Shown here: positions 18,179 to 27,300 of the stretch, one piece after another
How positions within the stretch are numbered: the stretch's first letter is position 1
Layout: every line of letters begins with the position of its first letter
Origin: Planctomycetota bacterium
GTDB taxonomy: Bacteria > Planctomycetota > UBA1135 > UBA2386
Reading direction: 5' to 3'
DNA: 64,000 nt
NCBI GenBank assembly: GCA_020638655.1
Contig: JACKIC010000011.1
Coordinates: forward strand, 40,890-104,889
The notes under the pieces: model-generated
What the model saw: the letters and a program-made list of their open reading frames with translations, nothing else
Database searches by the model: none
What the model was told of the DNA's origin: nothing
Made by a program: the position numbers and the translations under genes

Positions 18179-18345
18179 GGCCCGACGCCTCCCGTTTCCC
18201 GACCGATTGTGGAACCCGACGGCGCCTGCGGCGCCGAGGGGGGGCCGGATTCCCTGCTCCGTTGCTCGCCGACGGGGTTGCATTCCCGACCCGATTCTCT
18301 ATCCTCCCCACCCCTCATTTCCCGGACTGCGCAGACTAGGACAGT

Positions 18346-18720
18346 ATGCCGACCATCAACCAGCTGGTTCGCAAGGGCCGCAAGAAGATCAAGTACAAGA
18401 GCAAGTCGCCGATCCTCGACGCCTGCCCGCACAAGCGCGGCGTGTGTCTGCAGGTGAAGACGATGACGCCGAAGAAGCCGAACTCGGCTCTGCGCAAGAT
18501 CGCGCGCGTGCGCCTCAGCAACGGCAAGGAGACCACGGTCTACATTCCTGGTGAGGGTCACAACCTGCAGGAACACTCGATCGTGCTGATCCGCGGCGGC
18601 CGCGTGCGCGACCTCCCCGGTGTGCGCTACCACGTGCTGCGCGGTTGCCTGGACGCCTCGGGCGTCGAGAGCCGTCGCCGCAGCCGCAGCAAGTACGGCG
18701 CGAAGCGCCCCAAGAAGTAG
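18346..18720 (+). CDS. rpsL: 30S ribosomal protein S12
   Basis: '[12 protein letters not shown]', '[11 protein letters not shown]' and '[14 protein letters not shown]' are present. Confidence 0.96.
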   Translation: MPTINQLVRKGRKKIKYKSKSPILDACPHKRGVCLQVKTMTPKKPNSALRKIARVRLSNGKETTVYIPGEGHNLQEHSIVLIRGGRVRDLPGVRYHVLRGCLDASGVESRRRSRSKYGAKRPKK

Positions 18721-18798
18721 TTCGCCCGAAGCAGTCGTTCGTCGCCAGTCCTGTCGCAGTCCCACCGTCCGAACTGAATCCACCCGCCGAAGCCTCCG

Positions 18799-19272
18799 AT
18801 GCCTCGCTCCTACAAGTCCACCGAAGTCCACCTGAAGGGCGACCCCCGCTACAACAACAAGCTGGCCAGCAAGATCGTCAACAAGATCATGCTGCAGGGG
18901 AAGAAGACGACCGCGCAGCGGCTCTTCTACGAGGCCATCGACACGGTCGTCGGCAAGATCGAGAACGGCGACGCCGTCGAGGTCTTCACGAAGGCCATCG
19001 AGAACATCAAGCCGCGCGTCGAAGTGCGCAGCAAGCGCGTCGGTGGCGCGACCTACCAGGTCCCGCGCGAAGTCAACAAGCGCCGCCAGCAGAGCCTCGC
19101 GATCCGTTGGCTCGTGGACGCTGCCCGCGCCAAGCGCGGCAAGCCGATGGCCCGCTCGCTCGCCGAGGAGCTGTTCGACGCCTTCAACAACCAGGGCGCC
19201 GCGGTCACCAAGAAGGAGAACGTGCACAAGATGGCCGAGGCGAACAGCGCCTACAGCCACTTTGCCTGGTAG
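18799..19272 (+). CDS. rpsG: 30S ribosomal protein S7
   Basis: 'DPRYNNKLASKIVNKIMLQGKKTTAQ', 'VEVRSKRVGGATYQVP' and the C-terminal 'AYSHFAW' are present. Confidence 0.96.
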   Translation: MPRSYKSTEVHLKGDPRYNNKLASKIVNKIMLQGKKTTAQRLFYEAIDTVVGKIENGDAVEVFTKAIENIKPRVEVRSKRVGGATYQVPREVNKRRQQSLAIRWLVDAARAKRGKPMARSLAEELFDAFNNQGAAVTKKENVHKMAEANSAYSHFAW

Positions 19273-19329
19273 TTGGCACTTTGCCTGGTAGTTGGCACTT
19301 TGCCTGGTAGTTGGCACTTCGCCTGGTCA
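19258..19329. repeat. 19-bp tandem repeat (3 perfect units plus 1 diverged) that re-copies the rpsG C-terminal codons and stop
   Basis: 'cactttgcctggtagttgg' occurs at 19258-19276, 19277-19295 and 19296-19314, then 'cacttcgcctggtca'. Unit 1 encodes ..HFAW*. Confidence 0.92.
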
Positions 19330-19373
19330 CAGGCATCTCGCCGCACCAGTCGAACCGCGTCCTCGACGCCCCC

Positions 19374-19407
19374 GAAACCCCGCTCCGAGCGGGGTTTCTT
19401 CGTTTCT
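19374..19407 (+). terminator. strong intrinsic terminator after rpsG
   Basis: 10-bp stem gaaaccccgc/gcggggtttc with the 5-nt loop tccga, followed by ttcgtttct. Confidence 0.8.
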
Positions 19408-19545
19408 GGGCGGGGCCCTGCGGGAACGCTTGGCGAAGGGGAATAGAGGGGGCCGCTCGGTGGTCCGAGGCCGCGCGAAAGTACGCGCCCGCGACGTTTT
19501 CGGTCGCTGCGCCCGCCTCAACCCTGGTCTAGACTCGGCCCACCG

Positions 19546-20790
19546 ATGAAGTTGCCCATTCCGACGCTGCTCTACCTCTGCGCCGCCGGTCTGTTCGGTT
19601 ACGCCGGCTGGACGGTCTACAAGATGCTGCCGCTGCTCGACAACAAGACCAACCAGGACGCGACGTCGAAGGGGCAGAAGGATGGCCTGGACCGCCTGGG
19701 CAAGGGCAAGGGGCAGGGGCCGGTGACGGTCGACTGGCAATACACCGACCGCACCGCGGGGTGGTGGGCACAGTTCAAGGCGCCCAACTACATCGGCAAG
19801 CTGCCCGAAGTGCCCGTGGACCCGAAGGAGCAGGAGAACAAGGTCACCGAGCGGCCGCTCGATGTCCGCCCTCTCGAGCAGATCATCGAGCTGGTCTCAT
19901 TGACCTACGACGGCAGCACGCTGGGCAAGGGCGGCAACTCGCACGTGATCGTGCGGTACAAGCCCGAGGCCAACGTGCAGCCCCCCGAGTGGTACATGCG
20001 AGAGAACGCGCTCGACGGCGCCGGTGGACCGGCGACGGCCCTGCCGCGCGACGTCGCCGCGACGCGCGGTGGCCGTCCCAACCAGCCTCGTCCGAACGCG
20101 CCGATGCCGACCTCGATGGTCGGCCGCGAGATCCAGCAGATGGTCTGGATCGACGGCGGCGATGACGTGCGCCGCACCGCGACGCTGTGGGGAGAGTTCG
20201 ACAACATCAAGTTGGTGCGGGTCGCTCCCGACGCGCAGTCGGCGTTCTTCGTGCGCACGCCGCCGCCGCCCAAGGAGGGCGAACCGGCGGTGGAGCCCAA
20301 GGAGGAGGAGCTGATCAAGACCAACGCCGCGATCAGCCAGGACCTGCTGCGCGAACTGCGGGTGCTGCAGGGACGCTCGCCGACCGAGGGTGGTCAGCGG
20401 CGCGATGTCGCCGCCGGCGCGCAGAACACCTGGATCGAGAGCGAGTCGACCACGCAGGTCGGCAACCGCTGGAACATCGGGCGCCAGGACGAGAAGCGCT
20501 TCCGCGACCCCGACGAGCTGCTGACGCAGATCCACGTCGACACCTACGTCAGCAATCACAGCGATACGCGCGGCCTCGTCGTGCGCGGCATCGACCCGCA
20601 GATCGCGTCCAACTTCGGCATCGCGCAGCAGGACGTGCTGCTCGAGATCAACAGCCGCAAGGTGCAGACGCAGGCGCAGGCGATGCAGTTCGTGAAGGGT
20701 GAGTACAACAAGGGCGTGCGCACCTACGTCACGCAGTGGCTGTCGAACGGCCAGATCGTCGAGCGCATCTACCAGGCGCCCGACAAGTAG
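19546..20790 (+). CDS. hypothetical membrane-anchored protein with a C-terminal PDZ-like segment (GspC-like organisation)
   Basis: N-terminal TM segment 'LLYLCAAGLFGYAGWTVY', a long Pro/charged linker, and the C-terminal 'GLVVRGIDPQIASNFGIAQQDVLLEINSRKVQTQAQAMQFV'. Confidence 0.55.
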   Translation: MKLPIPTLLYLCAAGLFGYAGWTVYKMLPLLDNKTNQDATSKGQKDGLDRLGKGKGQGPVTVDWQYTDRTAGWWAQFKAPNYIGKLPEVPVDPKEQENKVTERPLDVRPLEQIIELVSLTYDGSTLGKGGNSHVIVRYKPEANVQPPEWYMRENALDGAGGPATALPRDVAATRGGRPNQPRPNAPMPTSMVGREIQQMVWIDGGDDVRRTATLWGEFDNIKLVRVAPDAQSAFFVRTPPPPKEGEPAVEPKEEELIKTNAAISQDLLRELRVLQGRSPTEGGQRRDVAAGAQNTWIESESTTQVGNRWNIGRQDEKRFRDPDELLTQIHVDTYVSNHSDTRGLVVRGIDPQIASNFGIAQQDVLLEINSRKVQTQAQAMQFVKGEYNKGVRTYVTQWLSNGQIVERIYQAPDK

Positions 20791-20800
20791 CGGGCCCGGC

Positions 20801-21535
20801 ATGTCTGGCCGCCTGCTGACGGTCGACGCGGGCAACTCCACGCTCGATCTCATGGTGCATCCGTCGGCCGCGCGTCGCCGGTTCGAGGCGCATGCCGGCG
20901 ACGCCGACCTGCTGGCGTTCGTCGATCAGCACCCGATCGAAGAATGTGCCGCGGTCAGCGTGCGCGCCGGTGCGCTGCAGCGCCTGCTGCCCGCGCTGCG
21001 CGCGCGCGGGGTGCGCTGCCGGGTGGTCGGCGAAGAGCTCGCCTGCCCCTTGCCCCTCGACTACGCGACGCCCCAGACGCTCGGCGCCGATCGCTGGCTC
21101 GGCGCGCTCGCAGCGCACCGGCGGTTCGGGCGCGCGGTGGTGGTGGACTGCGGCACCGCGACGACCGTCAACCTCGTCGAGGACGACGGCACGTTCCGCG
21201 GCGGCCCGATCGCGCCGGGGCTCGCGGCGTTCGTGGCCGGCATGGCGGCGGTGACTCCGGCGCTGCCGGCGCCGCGGCTCGAGGCAGAGCCGGAGATGCC
21301 GCCGCGCAGCTCCCAGGCGGCCGTCGACGCGGGGGTGTTGGTCGGCTACGGCGGTCTGGTCGAACGACTCGTCGCCGACCTGCTGCGTGCGGCGCGCGGG
21401 CCGGCGACGGTCGTCGTCACCGGCGGCCGCGCCGAACTCGTACTGCGCCACGCGCGGCTGCGCGCGGAGTCCGTGCCCGATCTCGTGCATCAGGGGCTGC
21501 GGCTGCTCGCCGAGGCTTCGCCATGCGGCGGCTGA
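20801..21535 (+). CDS. coaX: type III pantothenate kinase
   Basis: ATG at 20801 lies inside ORF 20699-21535. The ASKHA motifs 'LTVDAGNSTLD' and 'VVDCGTATTVNLV' are typical of CoaX. Confidence 0.8.
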   Translation: MSGRLLTVDAGNSTLDLMVHPSAARRRFEAHAGDADLLAFVDQHPIEECAAVSVRAGALQRLLPALRARGVRCRVVGEELACPLPLDYATPQTLGADRWLGALAAHRRFGRAVVVDCGTATTVNLVEDDGTFRGGPIAPGLAAFVAGMAAVTPALPAPRLEAEPEMPPRSSQAAVDAGVLVGYGGLVERLVADLLRAARGPATVVVTGGRAELVLRHARLRAESVPDLVHQGLRLLAEASPCGG

Positions 21536-22584
21536 CCCCAGCCGGTGTCGCCGGCGTCGCCTGTGTGCTGGCCGAACCCGCGGAACGAGCAGCGCTCGCC
21601 GCGTGCCTGCGCACCGCCTCGGACCGGCCGTTGTCGCTCGTGCCCGGCGGCGCGCCACGACGCGCGCGGCTGCTGCTCGGCGGACGGGCGGTGGACGACG
21701 TGTTGGTCGTCGACCGCGGCGAGGTCGGCGTCGAGCTGCACCTGCACGGCTCGCCGGCGGTGCTCGACCTGCTCGCCGAGGCGTTCGGATTCGTCGCCGC
21801 AACCGCGACGACGCCGGCGCAGCGGCTGCGGCAACAGGCGATCGGAGTCGAGCAGCTCGACCTCGCGCTCGAGCAGGAGGGCTTCGACTTCGACCGGCAC
21901 CTGGCCGAGCTGCGCCGCCTGCCGCCCGCTGCGAGGACCGCCGCGGTCGCGGCGACGATCGCGCGGTCGCGCGCGGCGCTGGCCCTGGCTACGCCGCGGC
22001 GCCTGGTCCTCGTCGGCGCGCAGAACGTGGGCAAGTCGTCGCTGTTCAACCGCCTGCTGTTCCGCGAACGCGTGCTCACCGGCGACGTGCCCGGACTGAC
22101 CCGGGACCCGATCGCCGAGGTGACCACGCTCGCCGGTCATCCCTACGAAGTGGTCGACACCGCCGGCGTGGGGGAGTTCCGCGACGAGCTCGAGGCGCGC
22201 GCGTTCGCGGCCGGCCAGCGGCAGCGCGACGGCGGGCTGGTGCTGTTGGTGATCGACGGCCAGCGCGGTCCGAGCGCGGCCGACCGGGCCCTGATCGCGG
22301 CGAGTGCCGAGCCGCTGCTGATACTGCTCAACAAGTCGGATCTGCCGCCGAGCCCGCGGCCACAGGGCCAGCCGGATGCACTGCCCGATGGCCTGCCCGC
22401 GCCGCTGCAGGTCTCCGCGACCGCCGAGCCCGCCGCGCAGCTGCGGGCGCGGATCGGCGCGGCGCTGCGCGGCATGCGCGGTCTGCCCGAGCCGGGGCCC
22501 GTGGGCGGTCCGGCGGCGCTCGACGAAGCGCAGTGGCGGGCGCTGCTCGCGCTCGCCGAAGGCGCGGTCGCGCCTCGGTTGTAG
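21523..22584 (+). CDS. MnmE(TrmE)-like GTPase, short form without the C-terminal CIGK motif
   Basis: The ATG overlaps the coaX 3' end. 'VELHLHGSPAVLDLL' resembles the MnmE N-domain. G1 is 'GAQNVGKSS', the 'PGLTRD' loop is present, G3 is 'DTAG' and G4 is 'NKSD'. Only 354 aa. Confidence 0.6.
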   Translation: MRRLTPAGVAGVACVLAEPAERAALAACLRTASDRPLSLVPGGAPRRARLLLGGRAVDDVLVVDRGEVGVELHLHGSPAVLDLLAEAFGFVAATATTPAQRLRQQAIGVEQLDLALEQEGFDFDRHLAELRRLPPAARTAAVAATIARSRAALALATPRRLVLVGAQNVGKSSLFNRLLFRERVLTGDVPGLTRDPIAEVTTLAGHPYEVVDTAGVGEFRDELEARAFAAGQRQRDGGLVLLVIDGQRGPSAADRALIAASAEPLLILLNKSDLPPSPRPQGQPDALPDGLPAPLQVSATAEPAAQLRARIGAALRGMRGLPEPGPVGGPAALDEAQWRALLALAEGAVAPRL

Positions 22585-22616
22585 CGCGGCCGGCGCGCCT
22601 GCATGATGCCACCCTC

Positions 22617-23963
22617 GTGGGTGACCCAAGCAAGCGCGACCTCGTCTCGATCGAAGACCTAAGCACCGAGGAGATCCTCGAGCTGTTCCAGCACGCCGAC
22701 GAGTTCCGCGCCAACCTCAGCGACTGGTCCGACGTCTGTCGCGGCGCGATCATGGCGACGCTGTTCTTCGAGCCCAGCACGCGCACGCGGTTGTCGTTCG
22801 AGTCGGCGATGCTGCGCCTCGGCGGCGGCGTGATCAGCGCCGCCGACAAGGAGAGCACGAGCCGCGCCAAGGGCGAGTCGCTCGCCGACACCGTGCGCGT
22901 GGTGGGGGGCAGCTACGCCGACATCCTGGTCGTGCGCCACCCCGAGGACGGCGCGGCGCGCGTCGCGGCGCGCTACGCGCGGGTGCCGGTGATCAACGGC
23001 GGCGACGGCGCGCACGAACACCCGACGCAGACGCTGTGCGACCTGTACACGCTGTGGAAGGAGAAGGGGCGGCTCGAAGGGCTCGAGGTCGTGCTCTGCG
23101 GCGACCTGCGCTACTCGCGCACGATCCACTCGTTCTGCTACGCGCTGGCGCGGTTCGGGGCCAACATCGTGACGATGCCGTACGCCGGCTTCGAACTGCC
23201 CGACTACGTGCTGCACCGGTTGACGCGCGACTACGGCGTGCAGACGGTCGCGGCCTCGGTCGCCGACCTGCCGGGGCTGGCGGGCAGCAGCAACGCCGCG
23301 GCCTACCTGACGGCGAGCAAGCCGCACCAGCTGGCGCTGTTCACGAGTCTGACGCGCTTCGAGGTCAACCGCATCGACGCGATCTACATGACCCGCGCGC
23401 AGCGCGAACGGCACGCCGGCGAGGATACGGCCAACTACCCGCGCCTGGGGCGCAACACGCTGGGGGTTGAGGCGGCGCGCGACGCGCGCGTGATGCACCC
23501 ACTGCCGCGCGTCGACGAGATCGACTACGACGTCGACGACGACCCGCGCTCGATCTACTTCCGTCAGGCGGAGCTCGGTGTGCCGATGCGCATGGCGCTG
23601 ATGGCGTTCCTGCTGGGCAAGATCCAGCTGCGGGCGCGGCCGCCGGCCGCGACCTCGGTCGAGCCCGGGATCGCCGGTGGCGCCGGGCTGCGCTGCCGCA
23701 ACGAGCGCTGCATCACCAACAACGAGGGCGTGCGCTACCTGCAGCGCGACTTCCGTCTGCGCGCCGAGGAGTCGCCGCCGATGCTGGCCTGCGCTTACTG
23801 CGAACGCGAGATCGAGGCGCGTTTCGTCGCCCAGGAGAGCACCCGGCTGTTCCACCCGCATGCCGCGCCGGCGGTTCAGGCGATCGAGATCGCCAAGCGG
23901 ATCTACTTCGAGTCGGAAGCCCAGGCGTTGGCGGCCGGGTTCCAGCCCGCTGCCACGGCGTGA
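22617..23963 (+). CDS. pyrB: aspartate carbamoyltransferase catalytic chain fused to a PyrI-type zinc domain plus an extra tail
   Basis: In-frame GTG at 22617. 'FFEPSTRTRLSFE', 'HEHPTQ' and 'HPLPR' are ATCase motifs. The C-terminal 'LRCRNERCITNNE...LACAYCERE' is a 4-Cys PyrI Zn domain. Confidence 0.8.
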   Translation: MGDPSKRDLVSIEDLSTEEILELFQHADEFRANLSDWSDVCRGAIMATLFFEPSTRTRLSFESAMLRLGGGVISAADKESTSRAKGESLADTVRVVGGSYADILVVRHPEDGAARVAARYARVPVINGGDGAHEHPTQTLCDLYTLWKEKGRLEGLEVVLCGDLRYSRTIHSFCYALARFGANIVTMPYAGFELPDYVLHRLTRDYGVQTVAASVADLPGLAGSSNAAAYLTASKPHQLALFTSLTRFEVNRIDAIYMTRAQRERHAGEDTANYPRLGRNTLGVEAARDARVMHPLPRVDEIDYDVDDDPRSIYFRQAELGVPMRMALMAFLLGKIQLRARPPAATSVEPGIAGGAGLRCRNERCITNNEGVRYLQRDFRLRAEESPPMLACAYCEREIEARFVAQESTRLFHPHAAPAVQAIEIAKRIYFESEAQALAAGFQPAATA

Positions 23964-24396
23964 GTCGCCCCCGATTGGCGCATCTCCCTGCTGTCTCGTG
24001 CGATATCGCACCGCGGGGCCGCGCAGCGCCGGCCCCATGGCGGCTTCCCCGCCGCTATCATGTGCCTGTAACCTCGTTGCCGAGAGAGTCTTGTGCCCTC
24101 TTGCCCTGCGGGGGGGCGACGGCATGATGTTTGATGCTCCGCCCTACAGTCCCCCCTCCATGGGGAGTCGAGTCGTCTCCCCCGACGCCTCGCCCCGTGT
24201 TTCGATGTACGTTTCGCTGGTCCCTCTCGTTGCAACGATCGACGCCGCCATCATTCCGGGCGGGCGCGCGACCCCGTTGCATCTCGAGGTCCTCAGCATG
24301 ACCGCTCCGTCGTGCGTCGTCGCGCACGGCTCCGGATCCTGTCGATCCGCAGCCGCGCGCGGCGCCGCCAACGAACTTCAGACCTAGTCGAGGATC

Positions 24397-27300
24397 ATGG
24401 CATTCAATCCCCGCGAATCCCGTTCGCACGACGTCCTGCAACCTGCCCGCGTGAGCTCTCGCCGCGCGGCGACCGTTGCGGTGCTCGCGGCTGCATTGGC
24501 CTTCCCAGCCTGTAGCGGCAGTGGTGGTGGTTCGACGGGCGGGGCCACCCCCGGCACCGCGCACGCCGAACTGCAGCGCATCGAGTTCGGCCGCCTCGCC
24601 GACGTCTACGGCTATCAGGTGACTCCGGAAGGTCAGTCGATCGCGCTGTTCGCGCGCGACGTGCTGATCGGTCCGGACATCGAAGACGAGCGCGGCACCA
24701 ACGAGGTCAAGCGCGACGACGAGATCCTCTTCGACTTCATCGGCTCGGATCCGGACACGCTGCAGCCGCGCCTGTTCATCCCGCGCGACATGACGAGCAA
24801 CGCGTTCAAGACCGCGTTCGAGCGCCTCGACGACCAGGTCCGCGAAGTCACGCCGATGGTCTTCGGCACGAGCGGCCCGGGCCGCCCGTTCGGCGTGGTG
24901 CCGCGCAATGCGGCGATCCGGCTGGTGTTCTCGGGCGACCTCGGCGTCGACGACGCCTTCTTCGTCAATCGCGACGCCAACGGTCAGGTGACCGGGCTGC
25001 GCAACACCGAGGCGGTGCAGTTGCTGCAGATCGTCGGCGACCCGACGCAGCTCGGCGGCTTCTCCCCGGTCCCGGCGCGCATCGTCGTCGGTGCCCGCAC
25101 GCTGATCCTCGACCCGGTGCTGCTCGGCACCGAGGGCCAGCAGTTCCAGACCGCGAACAACGCGGCGGGCCTGCCGGCGTCCCCGGACCAGGTCGGCGCC
25201 AACATCCGCGTCGCGCTGGCACTCGAAGGCCCGCTGTCGATGCCGAGCCTGCGTGAGCCCACGACCACCGGTCTGCGCGGCATCAACAACAGCGGCCGCG
25301 CCGCGATCGTGCGCGACTTCCGCTCGGGCAACTCGAACGACAACTCGGCCGACATCTCGCGCGGCTTCGTCCGCGACGCGCTGCCGCTGCGCATCGTCGG
25401 CGAGATCGTCATGTATCTCGAGGCCGTCGATTCGGTGAACGAGTTCACGCAGGAGATCACGGTCTACAAGAACGGCGTCAGCCACGAGATCGACCGCGGC
25501 GACGTCTTCCGCATCGTCAGCGACAGCTCGGGCATCCCGTTCGGCGCGGCCGAGGTCGTGGTCGACCCCGATGACGACCAGGGGCAGCCGGACGTGCAGC
25601 ACGTGCGCGTGCGCATCCGGCGCCTGGAAGGGCTCGAGAACCTCGATCCCCGCAACATCCCGGGTTACCCGAGCAATGTCGCGCAGCGCGAGCCCTGGCT
25701 CGTCGAGAACGCGCCGAAGGCGATCTGCGTCGCCGAGTTCCGCGCCGGCACCGGCCCGAACAACGCGACGCCCCCCGGCGACGGTGACAACCCCGAGGTC
25801 TTCATCTCGTTCACGCCGGAGCCGCTGCCCAACCTGGACGGGTCCAAGCCCGACCCCAACGAGTTCGTTTCGCCCTACGCGGGTGCGGTGGTGCGCTTCA
25901 CCAAGCCGGTCGACATGTCGACCGTGAAGTGGGCCGACACGTTCTTCTTCGCGATGCGCGACCTGACCAGCCAGTCGAGCATCGATGACTTCATCGCCCA
26001 TGTGCCGAACAACAACAACGGCCAGGGCATGGATCCGGCGCAGTTCAACGCGGCCAAGTTCCGTACGCCCTACCTGGTGACGGCGCGCGTGTTCGACGAG
26101 GACGGCTCGCAGACCGCGCTGCGCCTGCAGCCGACGAGCGGCTTCTTCCTCAACGACGCGATGCGCAATCCGGCGCCGAACACGGATTTCCGCTTCTTCC
26201 TGCACCTGATCGCCGACTCGGCCGAGGGCGGCATCCTCGACCTCGCCGGCAACCGCGTCGACCTGCAGGGCACCACTGCGGCGCTCGGCAACGACGTCGT
26301 GATCCCGTTCACGGTCGACACGCGCATGAACGGCGCCCAGCCGTTCTTCCCCGACAACGTCTCGATCAACATCGTGCGCCGCTTCGCCGATCGCGACGAG
26401 GACGCGATGCCTTCGTACTTCCAGCCTTCGGAAGTGCAGGCTCCGGGCACCCCGCCGACCGCGGCGAGCTACCCGCTCGAGGACCTGTTCGGCGGCTTCG
26501 TCTACATCGACGGCAAGCTGCAGGCGCGCCCGACCAGCCGCGTCCGCGTCGTCGCCGACAACCTCAACCAGGCGCCCGTGGGGGCGCAGGGCACGGTGCT
26601 GCAGTGGTGTCCGCCGTCGGTGTCGGGTGAAGGTCAGGTGGCCTCCAACTCGGCCACGCAGGTGGTCAACGCCGGCATCCAGAACCCCCTCAACCCCTAC
26701 GGCTGTCGTCTGCAGACGCTGTGGCGCGAGGTCGACCTGAGCCTGTCGCGCAGCGATCCGTTCGACTTCAACCTCGACATCGAGCAGATGTACTGGGCGC
26801 CCTACACGGGCACGACGCTCGTGTTCGACGAGTTCGACCGCGCCAGCCTGTTCCTCGGCCACTCCGAGTTCCGCCCGGCGCCGTGCGTCGGTGACTTCAG
26901 CTCGCTGCCGTCGCTGCCGAATTCGGGCCTGCGCACGGGCTTCCAGAAGAACTTCGTCTGGAACCCCGAGCCGACGGGCGGTGGTGCGACGATCGAGTCG
27001 CAGCCGAGCCCGCACCCGGCCTACGTCGACGCGCCGCTGACGATCGACCCGTCGACGATCGTCTACGAGGTCAACCAGGTGAACCGGTTCCTGCCGCTGC
27101 CGACGTTCCAGAAGCCGTACTTCGTCTATCGCGACGAGACGATGGTGGAGCAGGGCAACGACGCCGGCACCGGCTCGGACGTCACCCCGGGCACCTACAA
27201 CCCATACATCCTGTCGCCGTTCGAGCAGGGCCAGGGCCGTCGCTGGGTCGATCTCGACGCCGGCGTCACCTTCGTCAACTCGTTCTGGAACGACGCGCCC

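Noticed and set aside
19258-19329. Possible CRISPR-like or other spaced-repeat array at the rpsG, nusG and tRNA-spacer repeats.
   Set aside because: The units are directly abutting (no spacers), only 14-19 bp long and 2-4 copies. No cas genes are present. They are simple tandem duplications.
20944-23963. Extended ORFs 20944-22584 (546 aa) and 21387-23963 (858 aa), suggesting much longer N-termini for the MnmE-like and PyrB genes.
   Set aside because: The upstream parts overlap coaX and the MnmE-like gene in other frames and translate to Arg/Ala/Gly-rich junk. The internal starts (ATG 21523, GTG 22617) give proteins that begin where homology begins.
23964-24396. Possible small CDS or ncRNA in the 433-bp gap upstream of gene A (ORFs 23677-24387 plus and 23903-24235 minus).
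   Set aside because: The plus ORF is an out-of-frame continuation over pyrB. The minus ORF is Arg-rich with no start context. I saw only one modest hairpin (24015-24036) and no recognisable riboswitch or RNA-gene signature. It is kept as an untranslated or regulatory region.
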